The notes under the pieces were generated by a model. That model made no database searches. It saw nothing but the letters and a program-made list of their open reading frames with translations, and was not told the origin of the DNA. A program made the position numbers and the translations under genes. DNA of 64,000 nt from Clostridia bacterium (lineage in GTDB: Bacteria; Bacillota; Clostridia; Christensenellales; Aristaeellaceae), in assembly GCA_017509255.1 (NCBI GenBank), contig JAFWQA010000004.1, forward strand, positions 3,049 to 67,048, written 5' to 3'. Positions within the stretch are counted from its first letter, which is position 1. Each line of letters begins with the position of its first letter. This document shows positions 48,407 to 59,406 of this stretch, piece by piece.

Positions 48407-50682
48407 AAATGCTTATCAGAAAGCTTTTCCGCACCCTGCTGAAATATAAAGCCCAGTTCATCTCCATGATCGTCATGATCGCGCTGGGGATCGGTGTGTT
48501 CATCGGCTTCAACATGGAATGGTATTCCCTGGAAAAGGATACAGAGTTTATCCTGAAGGAAACAAACTTTGCCGATTTCCGGATCTTTTCCGAAAAAGGC
48601 TTCACCAAAGCGGACCTGGAAAAGATCGCGGCCATTCCCGGCGTGAAGGACGCCACCCGCTTTCTCTCCGTCAACACCACCGTCACGGGAGATACCGACG
48701 TGCTGGCGCTGACCGTCACGGAAAACAAAAATGTTTCCGGCGTTTACCTGACAGACGGAGAGCCCTATGATGAAACCAGCCCCGACGGCGTCTGGCTCTC
48801 CGACCAGTACGCGGAAAAGAACGGGATAAAGGTCGGCGACAGCCTCTCCCTTACCTATAAGGTGCTGACCGTTTCCGGCACGGTGCGCGGGCTCATCAAA
48901 GCCAGCGAGTACATGATCTGCCTGCCGGATGAAACGCAGCTGATGCCCGATTACAGTTCTTTCGGCTTTGCCTACATTTCTCCCGTCATGCTGAAAAAAG
49001 CGGTTTTCTTTGACTTCTACCCGCAGATCAACGTGTTGACGGATCTGGACAAAAGCTCCTTCGTCTCCGCGGTGGACGGCACTCTGAAAAAAACGACACT
49101 GGTCCTCGGAAAGGACGAAAACACCTCCTGGGTGAAAACGCAGGGGGAAATCGACGAGGGAAAGACCATGGGCTCCATTCTGCCCGTTCTCTTCCTTGCC
49201 ATCGCCATCCTGACCATGGTCACCACCATGCACCGGATCACAGCCAGCGAGAAAACGCAGATCGGCACACTCAAGGCGCTGGGCTTTCACAACAGCCGGA
49301 TCATGCGGCACTACACGGTATACGCGCTGGTCATCGGCCTGCTCGGCTCCGCGCTGGGCATTGGCATCGGCTATCTGCTCGGCTGGTATATTCTCAGTCC
49401 CGGCGGCGCCATGGCCACTTATATCGACCTGCCCTCCTGGGATCTGCACATGCCGGGCTTCTGCTGGATCGTCCTTGCCGGCATTCTGCTTTTCCTGACG
49501 CTGATCGGCTTTCTTTCCGTACGTAAGATGCTGGAAGGAACAGCCGCCGACGCGCTCCGTCCCTATACGCCGAAAAAAATGAAGCATCTGCGTATCGAGG
49601 AGACCAAAGCCTTCAAGTCTCTGAGCTTCGGCACCAAATGGAACCTGCGGGACTGCCTGCGCCATAAATCCCGATCCTTTATGACCCTCTTCGGTATCAT
49701 CGGCTGCATGGTGCTTCTGGTCGGCGGTCTCGGTATGTCGGATACGATGAATGCCTTTGTAAGCTCCTTCTACGAGCAGGCGATCAATTATGAAAACCGC
49801 GTCAATCTGGATGCGGAAAGCATCACCAACGAGGAAGCGCAGGCACTGGCGGACAGCTATGAGGGCGACTGGAGCGCCATCACCAGCGTACAGCTGGGAG
49901 ACAAACCCGTCTCTCTGGAGGTCTACCGGATCGGACACGACCATGTCCGTTTCCCGGATGAAAACATGCAGTTCGTTTCCCTGCCTGAAGAAGGAGCGCT
50001 CATCTGCGCCCGTATCGCCAGGGAGCAGAACGTGAAGCCCGGAGACAGCCTGACCTTCTCTCCCTATGACAGCGATGCTGTCTATACCGTCCGGATAGCC
50101 GGTATCGTCCGCTCCCTGAGTGAAAGCATTGCCATGAGCGACACCGCGGCGGAGGCCGCGGGTATCGGTTACCGGATCAACACCGTCTATACCGACCGTA
50201 CAGAGATCGAAGCCGGGGAGCACATCCTGAATGCCCAGAGCAAAAAGGCCATCATGGACTCCTTTGATACCTTCATGCAGCTGATGAACGTCATGATCTT
50301 CCTGCTGGTCGCCGCTGCTGTCGTTCTCGGCATCGTGGTCCTTTATAACCTGGGCGTCATGAGCTATACGGAGCGGTACCGGGAAATGGCGACCCTGAAG
50401 GTCATCGGCTTCAAGGACCGCAGGATCGGCCGGCTGCTGATCACCCAGAACCTGTGGCTGACCGTGATCGGCACCGTTATCGGCCTGGCTGCCGGTTACG
50501 GCGTGCTGCTCTGGCTGCTGAACGCCCTCGCCTCGGATTACGAGCTGAAGCTGGTGATCGGCCTGCCGACCTACCTGATCAGCATTCTGCTGACCTTCGG
50601 CGTCTCGCTGATCGTCGGGTTGATGGTCGCCCGCAAGAACCGGCGCATCGACATGGTCGCCGCTCTGAAAACAGAGGAATAA
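48400..50682 (+). CDS. ABC exporter permease with two FtsX domains
   Basis: [10 protein letters not shown] and [10 protein letters not shown] repeats with large extracytoplasmic loops. Start may be the ATG at 48409. Confidence 0.9.
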   Translation: MVKMLIRKLFRTLLKYKAQFISMIVMIALGIGVFIGFNMEWYSLEKDTEFILKETNFADFRIFSEKGFTKADLEKIAAIPGVKDATRFLSVNTTVTGDTDVLALTVTENKNVSGVYLTDGEPYDETSPDGVWLSDQYAEKNGIKVGDSLSLTYKVLTVSGTVRGLIKASEYMICLPDETQLMPDYSSFGFAYISPVMLKKAVFFDFYPQINVLTDLDKSSFVSAVDGTLKKTTLVLGKDENTSWVKTQGEIDEGKTMGSILPVLFLAIAILTMVTTMHRITASEKTQIGTLKALGFHNSRIMRHYTVYALVIGLLGSALGIGIGYLLGWYILSPGGAMATYIDLPSWDLHMPGFCWIVLAGILLFLTLIGFLSVRKMLEGTAADALRPYTPKKMKHLRIEETKAFKSLSFGTKWNLRDCLRHKSRSFMTLFGIIGCMVLLVGGLGMSDTMNAFVSSFYEQAINYENRVNLDAESITNEEAQALADSYEGDWSAITSVQLGDKPVSLEVYRIGHDHVRFPDENMQFVSLPEEGALICARIAREQNVKPGDSLTFSPYDSDAVYTVRIAGIVRSLSESIAMSDTAAEAAGIGYRINTVYTDRTEIEAGEHILNAQSKKAIMDSFDTFMQLMNVMIFLLVAAAVVLGIVVLYNLGVMSYTERYREMATLKVIGFKDRRIGRLLITQNLWLTVIGTVIGLAAGYGVLLWLLNALASDYELKLVIGLPTYLISILLTFGVSLIVGLMVARKNRRIDMVAALKTEE

Positions 50683-50687
50683 CACGG

Positions 50688-50726
50688 GCAAACAAAAAAG
50701 AGCCATAAGGCTCTTTTTTGTTTGCC
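50688..50726. terminator. Bidirectional intrinsic terminator
   Basis: CAAACAAAAAAGAGCC-ATAA-GGCTCTTTTTTGTTTG. Confidence 0.85.
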
Positions 50727-50735
50727 GTTCCCGTT

Positions 50736-51869
50736 TTACCGGGCCGGAACGATCCGGACCTGTCTGCCGTTCCCGTCTGTGAAGTACGGATCCGCCCCGG
50801 TCCGCTTTGCCGTGATCTCCAGGCTGTCCCCGACGTTCACATTCAGCCAGTCTTCCTCCGCCAGCAGGTAGGAGGCTTGCCCGTTCTTTTCGTCCTGTAC
50901 GGTGAACCCGTATTTCTCCGTTCTGCCGCTGCCCTCCCGCTCATTCTCCTTCAGGTCCGTCTCGGGCCAGTGTGCGTTGTGGTCCGTACCGGACGCGACT
51001 GCCTCCCTGGACTGTACCCAGCGGAAAATATTGTAGTAGTATTTCGTCATATAGCGCGGCACCGGGACGTAAACCGGCTGGGAGACCGTCTCCGTATAAT
51101 ACTCCGTTTTATAGACCGGCTCCTCGTACGGCACCTCCTCAAAGGAGCCGTTTCCGTTGTCTTTGTAGTAGTATTTGGTCTCGTAGTGATCGATGACCCG
51201 GCGGGAGCGTTCCACCTCCACGTTCTCGTAGTGGTCCAGCACCTGGTCGTAATGATGGATCTCGCTGCGGCGGCCTGTTTCCTCCGCCCCGTCCGGCAGC
51301 GTCCAGCCGGATTCGCTGAACTCCCGGTATTCCTCCACCGGGATCGCCCGGACCCAGGCCAGTTCCGTGACCTTCAGGCCCTTCTGCGTGGTGTTCCCGT
51401 TCAGATAATTGAACAGCAGGATCAACGCGAGAACAACCAGCGCCAGGATCAGCAGCGGCTTTTTGGAGCTTTTCCTCACCTGCTGCGCCTGCGCGGTCTG
51501 CGGCTGCGCTTCCAGCTCAGCGCGTTCAGCTTCCTGCTTTTTGCGCAGCTGATCGAAATAATTGCTCTCGGAGCTTTCCCGCGACGCGCCGCAGTTGGAG
51601 CAGAAGGCGGCAAAATCCTTATTCAGCGAGTTACAGAAGGAACAGTACCAGTCCGGATTCCTCCCGATCTCCTTTTCCTGCTCCTCATTCAGATACTCGA
51701 TATCGCCGCGCTCATTTTCTCCCCGATGGGAATCCTGCGCTCCGTCCTTCATGTAAAACTGAACGTCCCCGCGGGCCCGGCCGCAGGAAGAACAGTTCAT
51801 TACATTGCCCGGTATTCCCTTGTTGCCACAGATCGGGCAGTCCCAGTAGCCCATGACCAATCTGCCCAT
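50736..51869 (-). CDS. Hypothetical membrane protein with two N-terminal zinc ribbons
   Basis: WDCPIC...CSSCG and WYCSFC...CSNCG, one TM helix, Tyr-rich C-terminal domain; strong RBS. Confidence 0.75.
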   Translation of the reverse strand: MGRLVMGYWDCPICGNKGIPGNVMNCSSCGRARGDVQFYMKDGAQDSHRGENERGDIEYLNEEQEKEIGRNPDWYCSFCNSLNKDFAAFCSNCGASRESSESNYFDQLRKKQEAERAELEAQPQTAQAQQVRKSSKKPLLILALVVLALILLFNYLNGNTTQKGLKVTELAWVRAIPVEEYREFSESGWTLPDGAEETGRRSEIHHYDQVLDHYENVEVERSRRVIDHYETKYYYKDNGNGSFEEVPYEEPVYKTEYYTETVSQPVYVPVPRYMTKYYYNIFRWVQSREAVASGTDHNAHWPETDLKENEREGSGRTEKYGFTVQDEKNGQASYLLAEEDWLNVNVGDSLEITAKRTGADPYFTDGNGRQVRIVPAR

Positions 51870-51914
51870 TCCGCGCCTCCCTCCTTCCGGTTTCTTTCCG
51901 GGATTATTCTACGC

Positions 51915-53225
51915 TTACGCTTTATCCGCTTCAGAGTCCGTACTTTCCGAAGGCTCCTCCGCCGGTTCTTCCTCCGGGCTCTCTTCCGCCGGCTCCTCGG
52001 GCAGCTTTTCCACCCGTACCTTCGTCACGCGGAATCCGTCCATCTCCGCCACTTCAAACCGGTAACCGTTCAGATCAAACCGGTCCCCCTCCGCGGGGAC
52101 TTTTTCCAGCATTTCCGCGACCCAGCCGCCGACCGTATCCGCGTCATAGCTGTTCCCGATCTCATATTTCTCCAGCAGTTCATCCAGCTGCATCCCCGCG
52201 TCCACCGCCACGGAACCGTCCTCATTTTCGACAAGCTCCTCATTGATCTCATCATGCTCGTCGTAAATCTCTCCGACCAGCTCTTCAAGCACGTCCTCCA
52301 GCGTGACGATCCCCTCGGTGCCGCCGAATTCATCCAGAAGGATGATCTGATGCGTCTTGGTGGCCCGGAACTGCTTGAGCAGCCCGCTGATGGGCAGGCT
52401 GGCCGGCGCAAAAACCGGCTCCTTCATCATGGCGGTAATATCGGTACAGCCTTCATGGGTCATCTTGTTGAAATCCTTCTCATGAAGAATGCCCACCACA
52501 TGGTCCAGATCCTCATGGTAGACGGGCAGGCGGGAAAAAAACGTGGTCCGGAACAGCTCCGCCACCTCTTCCACCGTGGCGGTATCCTCCACCGCCGTAA
52601 CCGCCACCCGGGGCGTCATAATATTGGAGGCGTCCTGCTCATTGAACTCGATTGCCGAGCGGAGCAGCTCTCCTTCTTCTTCCTCAATATCGCCTTCCGT
52701 CTGCGCCTCATCGATCATCGTCATCAGCTCATCTTCGATCTGAGGCTCTTCGGGCTCGGCCTTCACCAGCTTCGACAGCAGCTTCCGCCACAGGCCGAAC
52801 AGCCAGTCCGCCGGCCTGAGCGCGGTGACCAGGACCCTCATGACAGGGCTGACAGCCATCGCATACCTTTCGGGCAGCTGCTTGGCCAGCGTTTTCGGAC
52901 CGACCTCGCCCATGAAGAGGATCACGACCGTCATAACCACAGAAGCCACCGTAGCGCCGCTGTCCTCATTACCGCTCATGATCCTGGTAAACAAAATCGT
53001 GGCGATCGCGGCACCCACGATATTCACCACATTGTTCCCGACCAGCACGGTGGTCAGCAGGGAATCGTACTTCTCAAGAAGCGTCAGCGCCAGCTGGGCT
53101 CTTGGCTTCTTTTTCCCCTCGATCGTTTTCAGTTTTACCTTGTTGGATGCGGAAAAGGCTGTCTCCGTTGCGGAAAAGAACGCGGAAAGCGCGACACACA
53201 GGATCAGAGCGATCCATAAGCCCAT
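51915..53225 (-). CDS. HlyC/CorC (CNNM-like) CBS-domain transporter
   Basis: FFSATETAF, GEVGPK, IMTPR, SRLPVY and LEDVLEELVGEIYDEHD motifs; acidic tail. Start uncertain (53225 or 53249). Confidence 0.92.
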   Translation of the reverse strand: MGLWIALILCVALSAFFSATETAFSASNKVKLKTIEGKKKPRAQLALTLLEKYDSLLTTVLVGNNVVNIVGAAIATILFTRIMSGNEDSGATVASVVMTVVILFMGEVGPKTLAKQLPERYAMAVSPVMRVLVTALRPADWLFGLWRKLLSKLVKAEPEEPQIEDELMTMIDEAQTEGDIEEEEGELLRSAIEFNEQDASNIMTPRVAVTAVEDTATVEEVAELFRTTFFSRLPVYHEDLDHVVGILHEKDFNKMTHEGCTDITAMMKEPVFAPASLPISGLLKQFRATKTHQIILLDEFGGTEGIVTLEDVLEELVGEIYDEHDEINEELVENEDGSVAVDAGMQLDELLEKYEIGNSYDADTVGGWVAEMLEKVPAEGDRFDLNGYRFEVAEMDGFRVTKVRVEKLPEEPAEESPEEEPAEEPSESTDSEADKA

Positions 53226-53395
53226 GGAAAAAATCAATCCCTTCGTCAAATAAACAGCTCGCCGTTCCGGGGCGGCCGGTCGAAAAAAACATATTCCCCT
53301 TCCGGGAATACCGGCATTATATCACGGAAGTACTTGATTTGCAAATATTCCGGCTCTCCCGCCGGCTCCCCGGCCGCTTTTCCTTTCATTTTCTC

Positions 53396-53424
53396 TTGAA
53401 GCGCAGGGCTTCTTATGGTATAAT
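53396..53424 (+). promoter_or_regulatory. Sigma-A-type promoter about 200 nt upstream of the ECF S-component gene
   Basis: TTGAAG-N17-TATAAT with extended -10 TG. Confidence 0.7.
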
Positions 53425-53433
53425 TCTATCTGA

Positions 53434-53586
53434 ACAGTTTGAACCGGCAACCCTGCGTCCACCCGGTCCGCGCATCTCCCGGATTTCTTTTTCCCTTTCT
53501 GTTTTTTTACATTTCCGGAAAAAGAAAGCGTGGGCCGCCTTCCAGCCCGGTTTTCCGAGGCGTGCTGTGACGGACTGTCTCTTTGA
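53434..53586 (+). ncRNA. Candidate structured cis-regulatory leader RNA (class unassigned)
   Basis: Nested pairings 53434-41/53571-78, 53445-49/53563-67, 53457-62/53530-35 and 53484-94/53517-27. Confidence 0.5.
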
Positions 53587-53628
53587 TTGTAAAAATCTAT
53601 CTCATTTCATCAGAAGAGGAACGAAACC

Positions 53629-54171
53629 GTGAAAAGAAGCTCTGATATCCGCACCCTTACCTTTGCCGCCGTCTGTTTGGCGCTGGCTATGGTCCTTCCC
53701 TTTCTGACCGGCCAGATCCCGGAAATCGGGAAAAGGCTTTCCCCGATGCACATCCCCGTCCTTCTCTGCGGCTTCATCTGCGGCTGGCCCTGGGGGCTCG
53801 CAGTCGGCTTCATCGCCCCGCTGCTGCGCTCCGTGTTCTTCGGCATGCCCGCCCTTTTCCCCGACGCCGTCTGCATGATGTTCGAGCTGGCCGCCTACGG
53901 CTTCCTTGCGGGTCTCCTGTACAGGCTGCTGCCCCGCAGATTCTGGGCTGTTTACGCCGCCCTGGTCTGTGCCATGATCGGCGGCAGGATCGTCTGGGGG
54001 ATCGCCCGGTATTTCCTCCTGCTTTCCCGCGGCAGTACCTTCACTTTCAATCTGTTCCTTGCCGGAGCCTTCATCAACGCCGTTCCCGGCATTATCCTGC
54101 ACATCGTCCTGGTCCCCCCGATCGTCCTCGCGCTGGAAAAGGCCGGCCTGGCTGATCCCGCGCGTCACTGA
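53629..54171 (+). CDS. ECF transporter S component (substrate unknown)
   Basis: LPFLTGQIPEIG..LSPMHIPVLLCGFICG motif; about 6 TM helices; GTG start. Confidence 0.85.
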   Translation: MKRSSDIRTLTFAAVCLALAMVLPFLTGQIPEIGKRLSPMHIPVLLCGFICGWPWGLAVGFIAPLLRSVFFGMPALFPDAVCMMFELAAYGFLAGLLYRLLPRRFWAVYAALVCAMIGGRIVWGIARYFLLLSRGSTFTFNLFLAGAFINAVPGIILHIVLVPPIVLALEKAGLADPARH

Positions 54172-54211
54172 TATCTCCCCATTCAAAACATACCGGAAGG
54201 AGCATCCTGTC

Positions 54212-55231
54212 ATGAAAGCACTGTTTATCGGCGGCACCGGCACCATTTCCACCGAGATCTCCAGGCTCTGCGTGGCGCGCGGCTGGGATCTGACCCTGCT
54301 GAACCGCGGCAATTCCAATGACCGCGTACCCGAAGGCGCAAAGGTCCTGACCGGCGACATTCACCGGGAGGATGAGATCCGCGCGCTGATCGGGAACGAA
54401 AGATATGACGTAGTCGCGGATTTCATCGCCTTCTCCACGGACGACGTCGCCCGGGATATCCGCCTTTTCGAAGGGAAAACGGATCAGTATTTCTTCATTT
54501 CCTCCGCCTCGGCTTACCAGAAGCCCCTGGCGTCCCCGTGGATCACGGAAGGCACCCCCCTGCACAATCCCTACTGGCAGTACAGCCGGAACAAAGCCGC
54601 CTGCGAGCGCGTGCTGCGCGATGCTTATGACAGCCGCTGCTTCCCGGTCACGATCATCCGACCCAGCCACACCTACTGCGAGCGTTCCGTGCCTTTGTCC
54701 ATCCACGGAAACAAGGGCTCCTTCCAGGTGCTGGAACGGATCCGGCAGGGCAAGCGGATCATCTGCCCCGGAGACGGAACGACCCTGTGGACGCTGACCC
54801 ACAGCCGCGATTTCGCCGTGGCCTTTGTCGGGCTGATGGGCAATATCCACGCCATCGGCGAGACCTATCAGATCACAGGCGATGAAAGCCTGACCTGGAA
54901 CCAGATCCATGACTGCATCGGCAAAGCGCTGGGCCGGGAAGTCCGTCCCGTCCACATTCCCTCCGAAACGCTGGGCCTGCTCTGGCCTGACATGGTCGGA
55001 GCACTGACCGGTGACAAGAGCAATACCGTCCTCTTTGACAACACAAAGATCAGGCGGGCGGTGCCGGAATTCACGACGACCACCTTCTTTTCCGAAGGTG
55101 CCCGGGAATGCGTGGCCTACATCTATTCCCATCCGGAATGCCAGGTGCCGGATCCGGAGTTTGACAAATGGTGCGACCGGATGATCGAAGCCTGGGACCG
55201 GGCTGTGGAAACCTTTCCCCGCTATGAATAA
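54212..55231 (+). CDS. NAD-dependent epimerase/dehydratase (extended SDR)
   Basis: IGGTGTIS, FISSASAY and YSRNK motifs; AAGGAG RBS. Confidence 0.9.
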   Translation: MKALFIGGTGTISTEISRLCVARGWDLTLLNRGNSNDRVPEGAKVLTGDIHREDEIRALIGNERYDVVADFIAFSTDDVARDIRLFEGKTDQYFFISSASAYQKPLASPWITEGTPLHNPYWQYSRNKAACERVLRDAYDSRCFPVTIIRPSHTYCERSVPLSIHGNKGSFQVLERIRQGKRIICPGDGTTLWTLTHSRDFAVAFVGLMGNIHAIGETYQITGDESLTWNQIHDCIGKALGREVRPVHIPSETLGLLWPDMVGALTGDKSNTVLFDNTKIRRAVPEFTTTTFFSEGARECVAYIYSHPECQVPDPEFDKWCDRMIEAWDRAVETFPRYE

Positions 55232-55396
55232 GCCTTTCGGAAAGGCAAAAGGCGCGGCATAAAAAGCCGTGCCTTTTCCTTTGGTTTTCCGGCGGATAAA
55301 ATAGACTTTTCCCATTTGAAAAAACAGCAAAAAATCATCGAAAAACACCGAAAGAACAAGGTTTTCTATTGATTTTTGGCTCCATCGTTTTCATAA

Positions 55397-56797
<1,401 letters not shown>

Positions 56798-56902
56798 TTC
56801 TACCGAATCGGAAAGCCTGAAGGCCGGACGGCGGAATTCCTCCCGAATTTCGCTGCCCGGCCTTCTTTCAAACCGGCAGGCGCCGGAAAAAGCAGGAGCG
56901 TG

Positions 56903-57949
56903 ATGAACAGAATGGAAATGCAGATGGAGTTTTTACGTAAAATGCCGGCTCCGGAGGAACTGAAAAAAGAGTTCCCGACCGATGCGCGCGTCCGGGCCGT
57001 CAAGGACCGGCGGGATCGGGAGATCGCCGATATCTTTACGGGAAAGGATCACCGTCTGCTGCTGCTGATCGGCCCGTGCTCCGCGGACCGGGAGGACGCC
57101 GTGATGGAATACATGTACCGCCTGGCCCGCGTGAACGAGCAGGTCAAAGACAGTCTGCTGATCGTTCCCCGTGTTTACACCAACAAGCCGCGCACCCGCG
57201 GTACAGGCTACAAAGGGATGCTTCATCAGCCCGACCCGGAAAAGGAAGAGGATCTGACCAACGGCATCATCGCCATCCGCCAGTTGCATACCGACATCGT
57301 CCGCGAAACCGGCTTTACCTGCGCGGAGGAAATGCTCTACCCCTCCAATCACCGCTATCTGTCCGATCTGCTCAGCTATGTGGCGGTCGGAGCGCGTTCC
57401 GTAGAAAACCAGGAGCACCGTATCGTCGCCAGCGGCATCGGCATCCCCGCCGGCATGAAAAATCCGACGGGAGGCGATCTGAGCGTGATGATGAACGCCA
57501 TTGCCGCGGCCCAGAGCCGCCAGAAGTTCATCTATCGCGGCTGGGAGGTGCGCACGCAGGGAAATCCTTTGGCGCATGCCATCCTGCGGGGGTACATGGA
57601 CCGTTACGGCCGGAGCCATCCCAACTATCATTACGAAGATCTTTGTATCCTGCAGGATCTTTACGCGCAGGATGAAACGCTCCGGAATCCGTCCGTGATC
57701 GTGGATACCAATCACAGCAATTCCGGCAAGCGGTATACCGAGCAGGTCCGCATCGCCAAGGATGTGATGCATTCCCGTTCTCTGGCGCCGTCCGTTGCCT
57801 CCCTTGTCAAGGGGCTGATGATCGAAAGCTATCTGGAAGACGGCGCCCAGCCCGTGGGCGGAGGAACCTTCGGATGTTCCATCACAGACCCCTGCCTGGG
57901 CTGGGAAAAATCGGAGCGTCTGATTTTAGAACTGGCCGGGATGGCCTGA
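56903..57949 (+). CDS. DAHP synthase, class I-alpha
   Basis: IGPCS, KPRT, GARS, GMKN, DTNHSNS, MIES and SITDPC motifs. Start uncertain. Confidence 0.93.
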   Translation: MNRMEMQMEFLRKMPAPEELKKEFPTDARVRAVKDRRDREIADIFTGKDHRLLLLIGPCSADREDAVMEYMYRLARVNEQVKDSLLIVPRVYTNKPRTRGTGYKGMLHQPDPEKEEDLTNGIIAIRQLHTDIVRETGFTCAEEMLYPSNHRYLSDLLSYVAVGARSVENQEHRIVASGIGIPAGMKNPTGGDLSVMMNAIAAAQSRQKFIYRGWEVRTQGNPLAHAILRGYMDRYGRSHPNYHYEDLCILQDLYAQDETLRNPSVIVDTNHSNSGKRYTEQVRIAKDVMHSRSLAPSVASLVKGLMIESYLEDGAQPVGGGTFGCSITDPCLGWEKSERLILELAGMA

Positions 57950-57972
57950 CAGGACCGGAGAAAGAAGCAGGA

Positions 57973-58386
57973 TCAGGCGATCGCGCTGATAATGCTGTAG
58001 CCCTTTCCCTCCAGCAGATCGGCGACCTCCGCCAGATCTCCCACATGGATGATCGCCACAGGCCTTTTGCTGAAGCTGCTGTAGGTCACATAAATATAAT
58101 CCAGGTTCAGATTTCCCCGGGTCAGGATCGCCAGCAGCGCGTTCAGGCTGCCCGCTTCGTCCCGGATCTCTACCGCAAGCACGTCGTCAACCTTGCACAT
58201 ATACCCGGAAGCCTTCAGCGCCGATGCCGCGGCGTCCGCATCCGATACCAGCATGCGGACAATGCCGAACTCGGCGCTGTCGTTTGTGATCAGGGTGTTC
58301 ATATTGATCCCCGCGTCCGCAAGGATCTGCGTAATGCTGTTCATCGTTCCCTTTTTGTTTTCAGCGAAAATAGAAAGCTGCTGCAT
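57973..58386 (-). CDS. Tandem ACT-domain protein
   Basis: QLSIFAENKKG...FGIVRM and DEAGSL...NLDYIY. Confidence 0.85.
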   Translation of the reverse strand: MQQLSIFAENKKGTMNSITQILADAGINMNTLITNDSAEFGIVRMLVSDADAAASALKASGYMCKVDDVLAVEIRDEAGSLNALLAILTRGNLNLDYIYVTYSSFSKRPVAIIHVGDLAEVADLLEGKGYSIISAIA

Positions 58387-58390
58387 GGTA

Positions 58391-59206
58391 TTACTCTCCG
58401 ATCATAACGGTTTTCTGATAATCCGGGATCACGCACCGGACGGCGCCGCCGTACTTGGCGTCCAGATAGTCGGCAAATTCTTCCGGATCGGCGCTGTTCA
58501 TGGCAAACATATCCCAATGGCCGGGCAGGACGGTCCCGACCTTCAGCAGGCCGGCCAGATCCGCGGCCTCCTGAAAGGTCATATTGCCGATACAGTTATT
58601 CCGATAGCGCCTCCCGTCACGCCCGTTGATGGGCAGGACAGCCGCGTCAAAGGGGCCCGCCTCCCGCAGCTTCGGCAGCATCCCCTCATAGCGCACCGTA
58701 TCCCCCGCGTGGTAGACGCGGACCCCGTTTCCTTCCAGAATATACTGAAGCGCCGGGTACAGCCCGGTTTTCCCGTCTCTGTCCAGAAACTCATGCGCCG
58801 CCGCCACCGCGCGCACCGTCAGCGGCCCGATCCGGACGACGTCCCCGTCATTCATTCCGATCAGCCTGCTTTCCGGAATGCCGTCCCCGGCCACGGAGGG
58901 AATGCAGAACGACGGCAGCACAAACCGCGCGTGCGGGCAGGTCTCTGCCCAGATCCTCCAGGCATAATGATCGATATGGTCGATATGGTCATGTGTGCCG
59001 AAAAAGAGGGATATACCGGTTACCTCCTCCGCCGGTACGGGGGGAGCGACCCGCCGGTCCGCATCCGGCGCGGCATAGTAATCCACGCTGACCACCGTAT
59101 CCCCCATTTTGATCCAGAACCCCATCTGGCCCAGCCACCACAGGGCTGCCGTGCCCCGGGGCGTCACGGTTTCACTCACGGTTTTCAGAAAAACTCCTGT
59201 TTCCAT
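58391..59206 (-). CDS. MBL-fold metallohydrolase (UlaG-like)
   Basis: WWLGQMGF, THDHIDHID, YHAGDT, LPING and PGHWDMF motifs. Confidence 0.88.
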   Translation of the reverse strand: METGVFLKTVSETVTPRGTAALWWLGQMGFWIKMGDTVVSVDYYAAPDADRRVAPPVPAEEVTGISLFFGTHDHIDHIDHYAWRIWAETCPHARFVLPSFCIPSVAGDGIPESRLIGMNDGDVVRIGPLTVRAVAAAHEFLDRDGKTGLYPALQYILEGNGVRVYHAGDTVRYEGMLPKLREAGPFDAAVLPINGRDGRRYRNNCIGNMTFQEAADLAGLLKVGTVLPGHWDMFAMNSADPEEFADYLDAKYGGAVRCVIPDYQKTVMIGE

Positions 59207-59406
59207 CGGCGCTCCCTTCCCGGTTCTGTCCGCAATCGGTTTTTACTGTTGTGTTCCGCGTGACTCCCGACGATTATACTCCAATCCCCGGGAATGAAAA
59301 ACGGCAGGCGACGAAGAAGACAAAAAAGATACAAAATACAACTGGATTTCCTTTATTGTATACTGTACACTGTGCGAAAAGGGTTTCAACAGAGGGAGGG
59401 GTATTC

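Noticed and set aside
51945-52005. Short direct repeats at the 3' end of corC
   Set aside because: They encode a low-complexity acidic tail (EEPAEE); no sign of a mobile or regulatory repeat.
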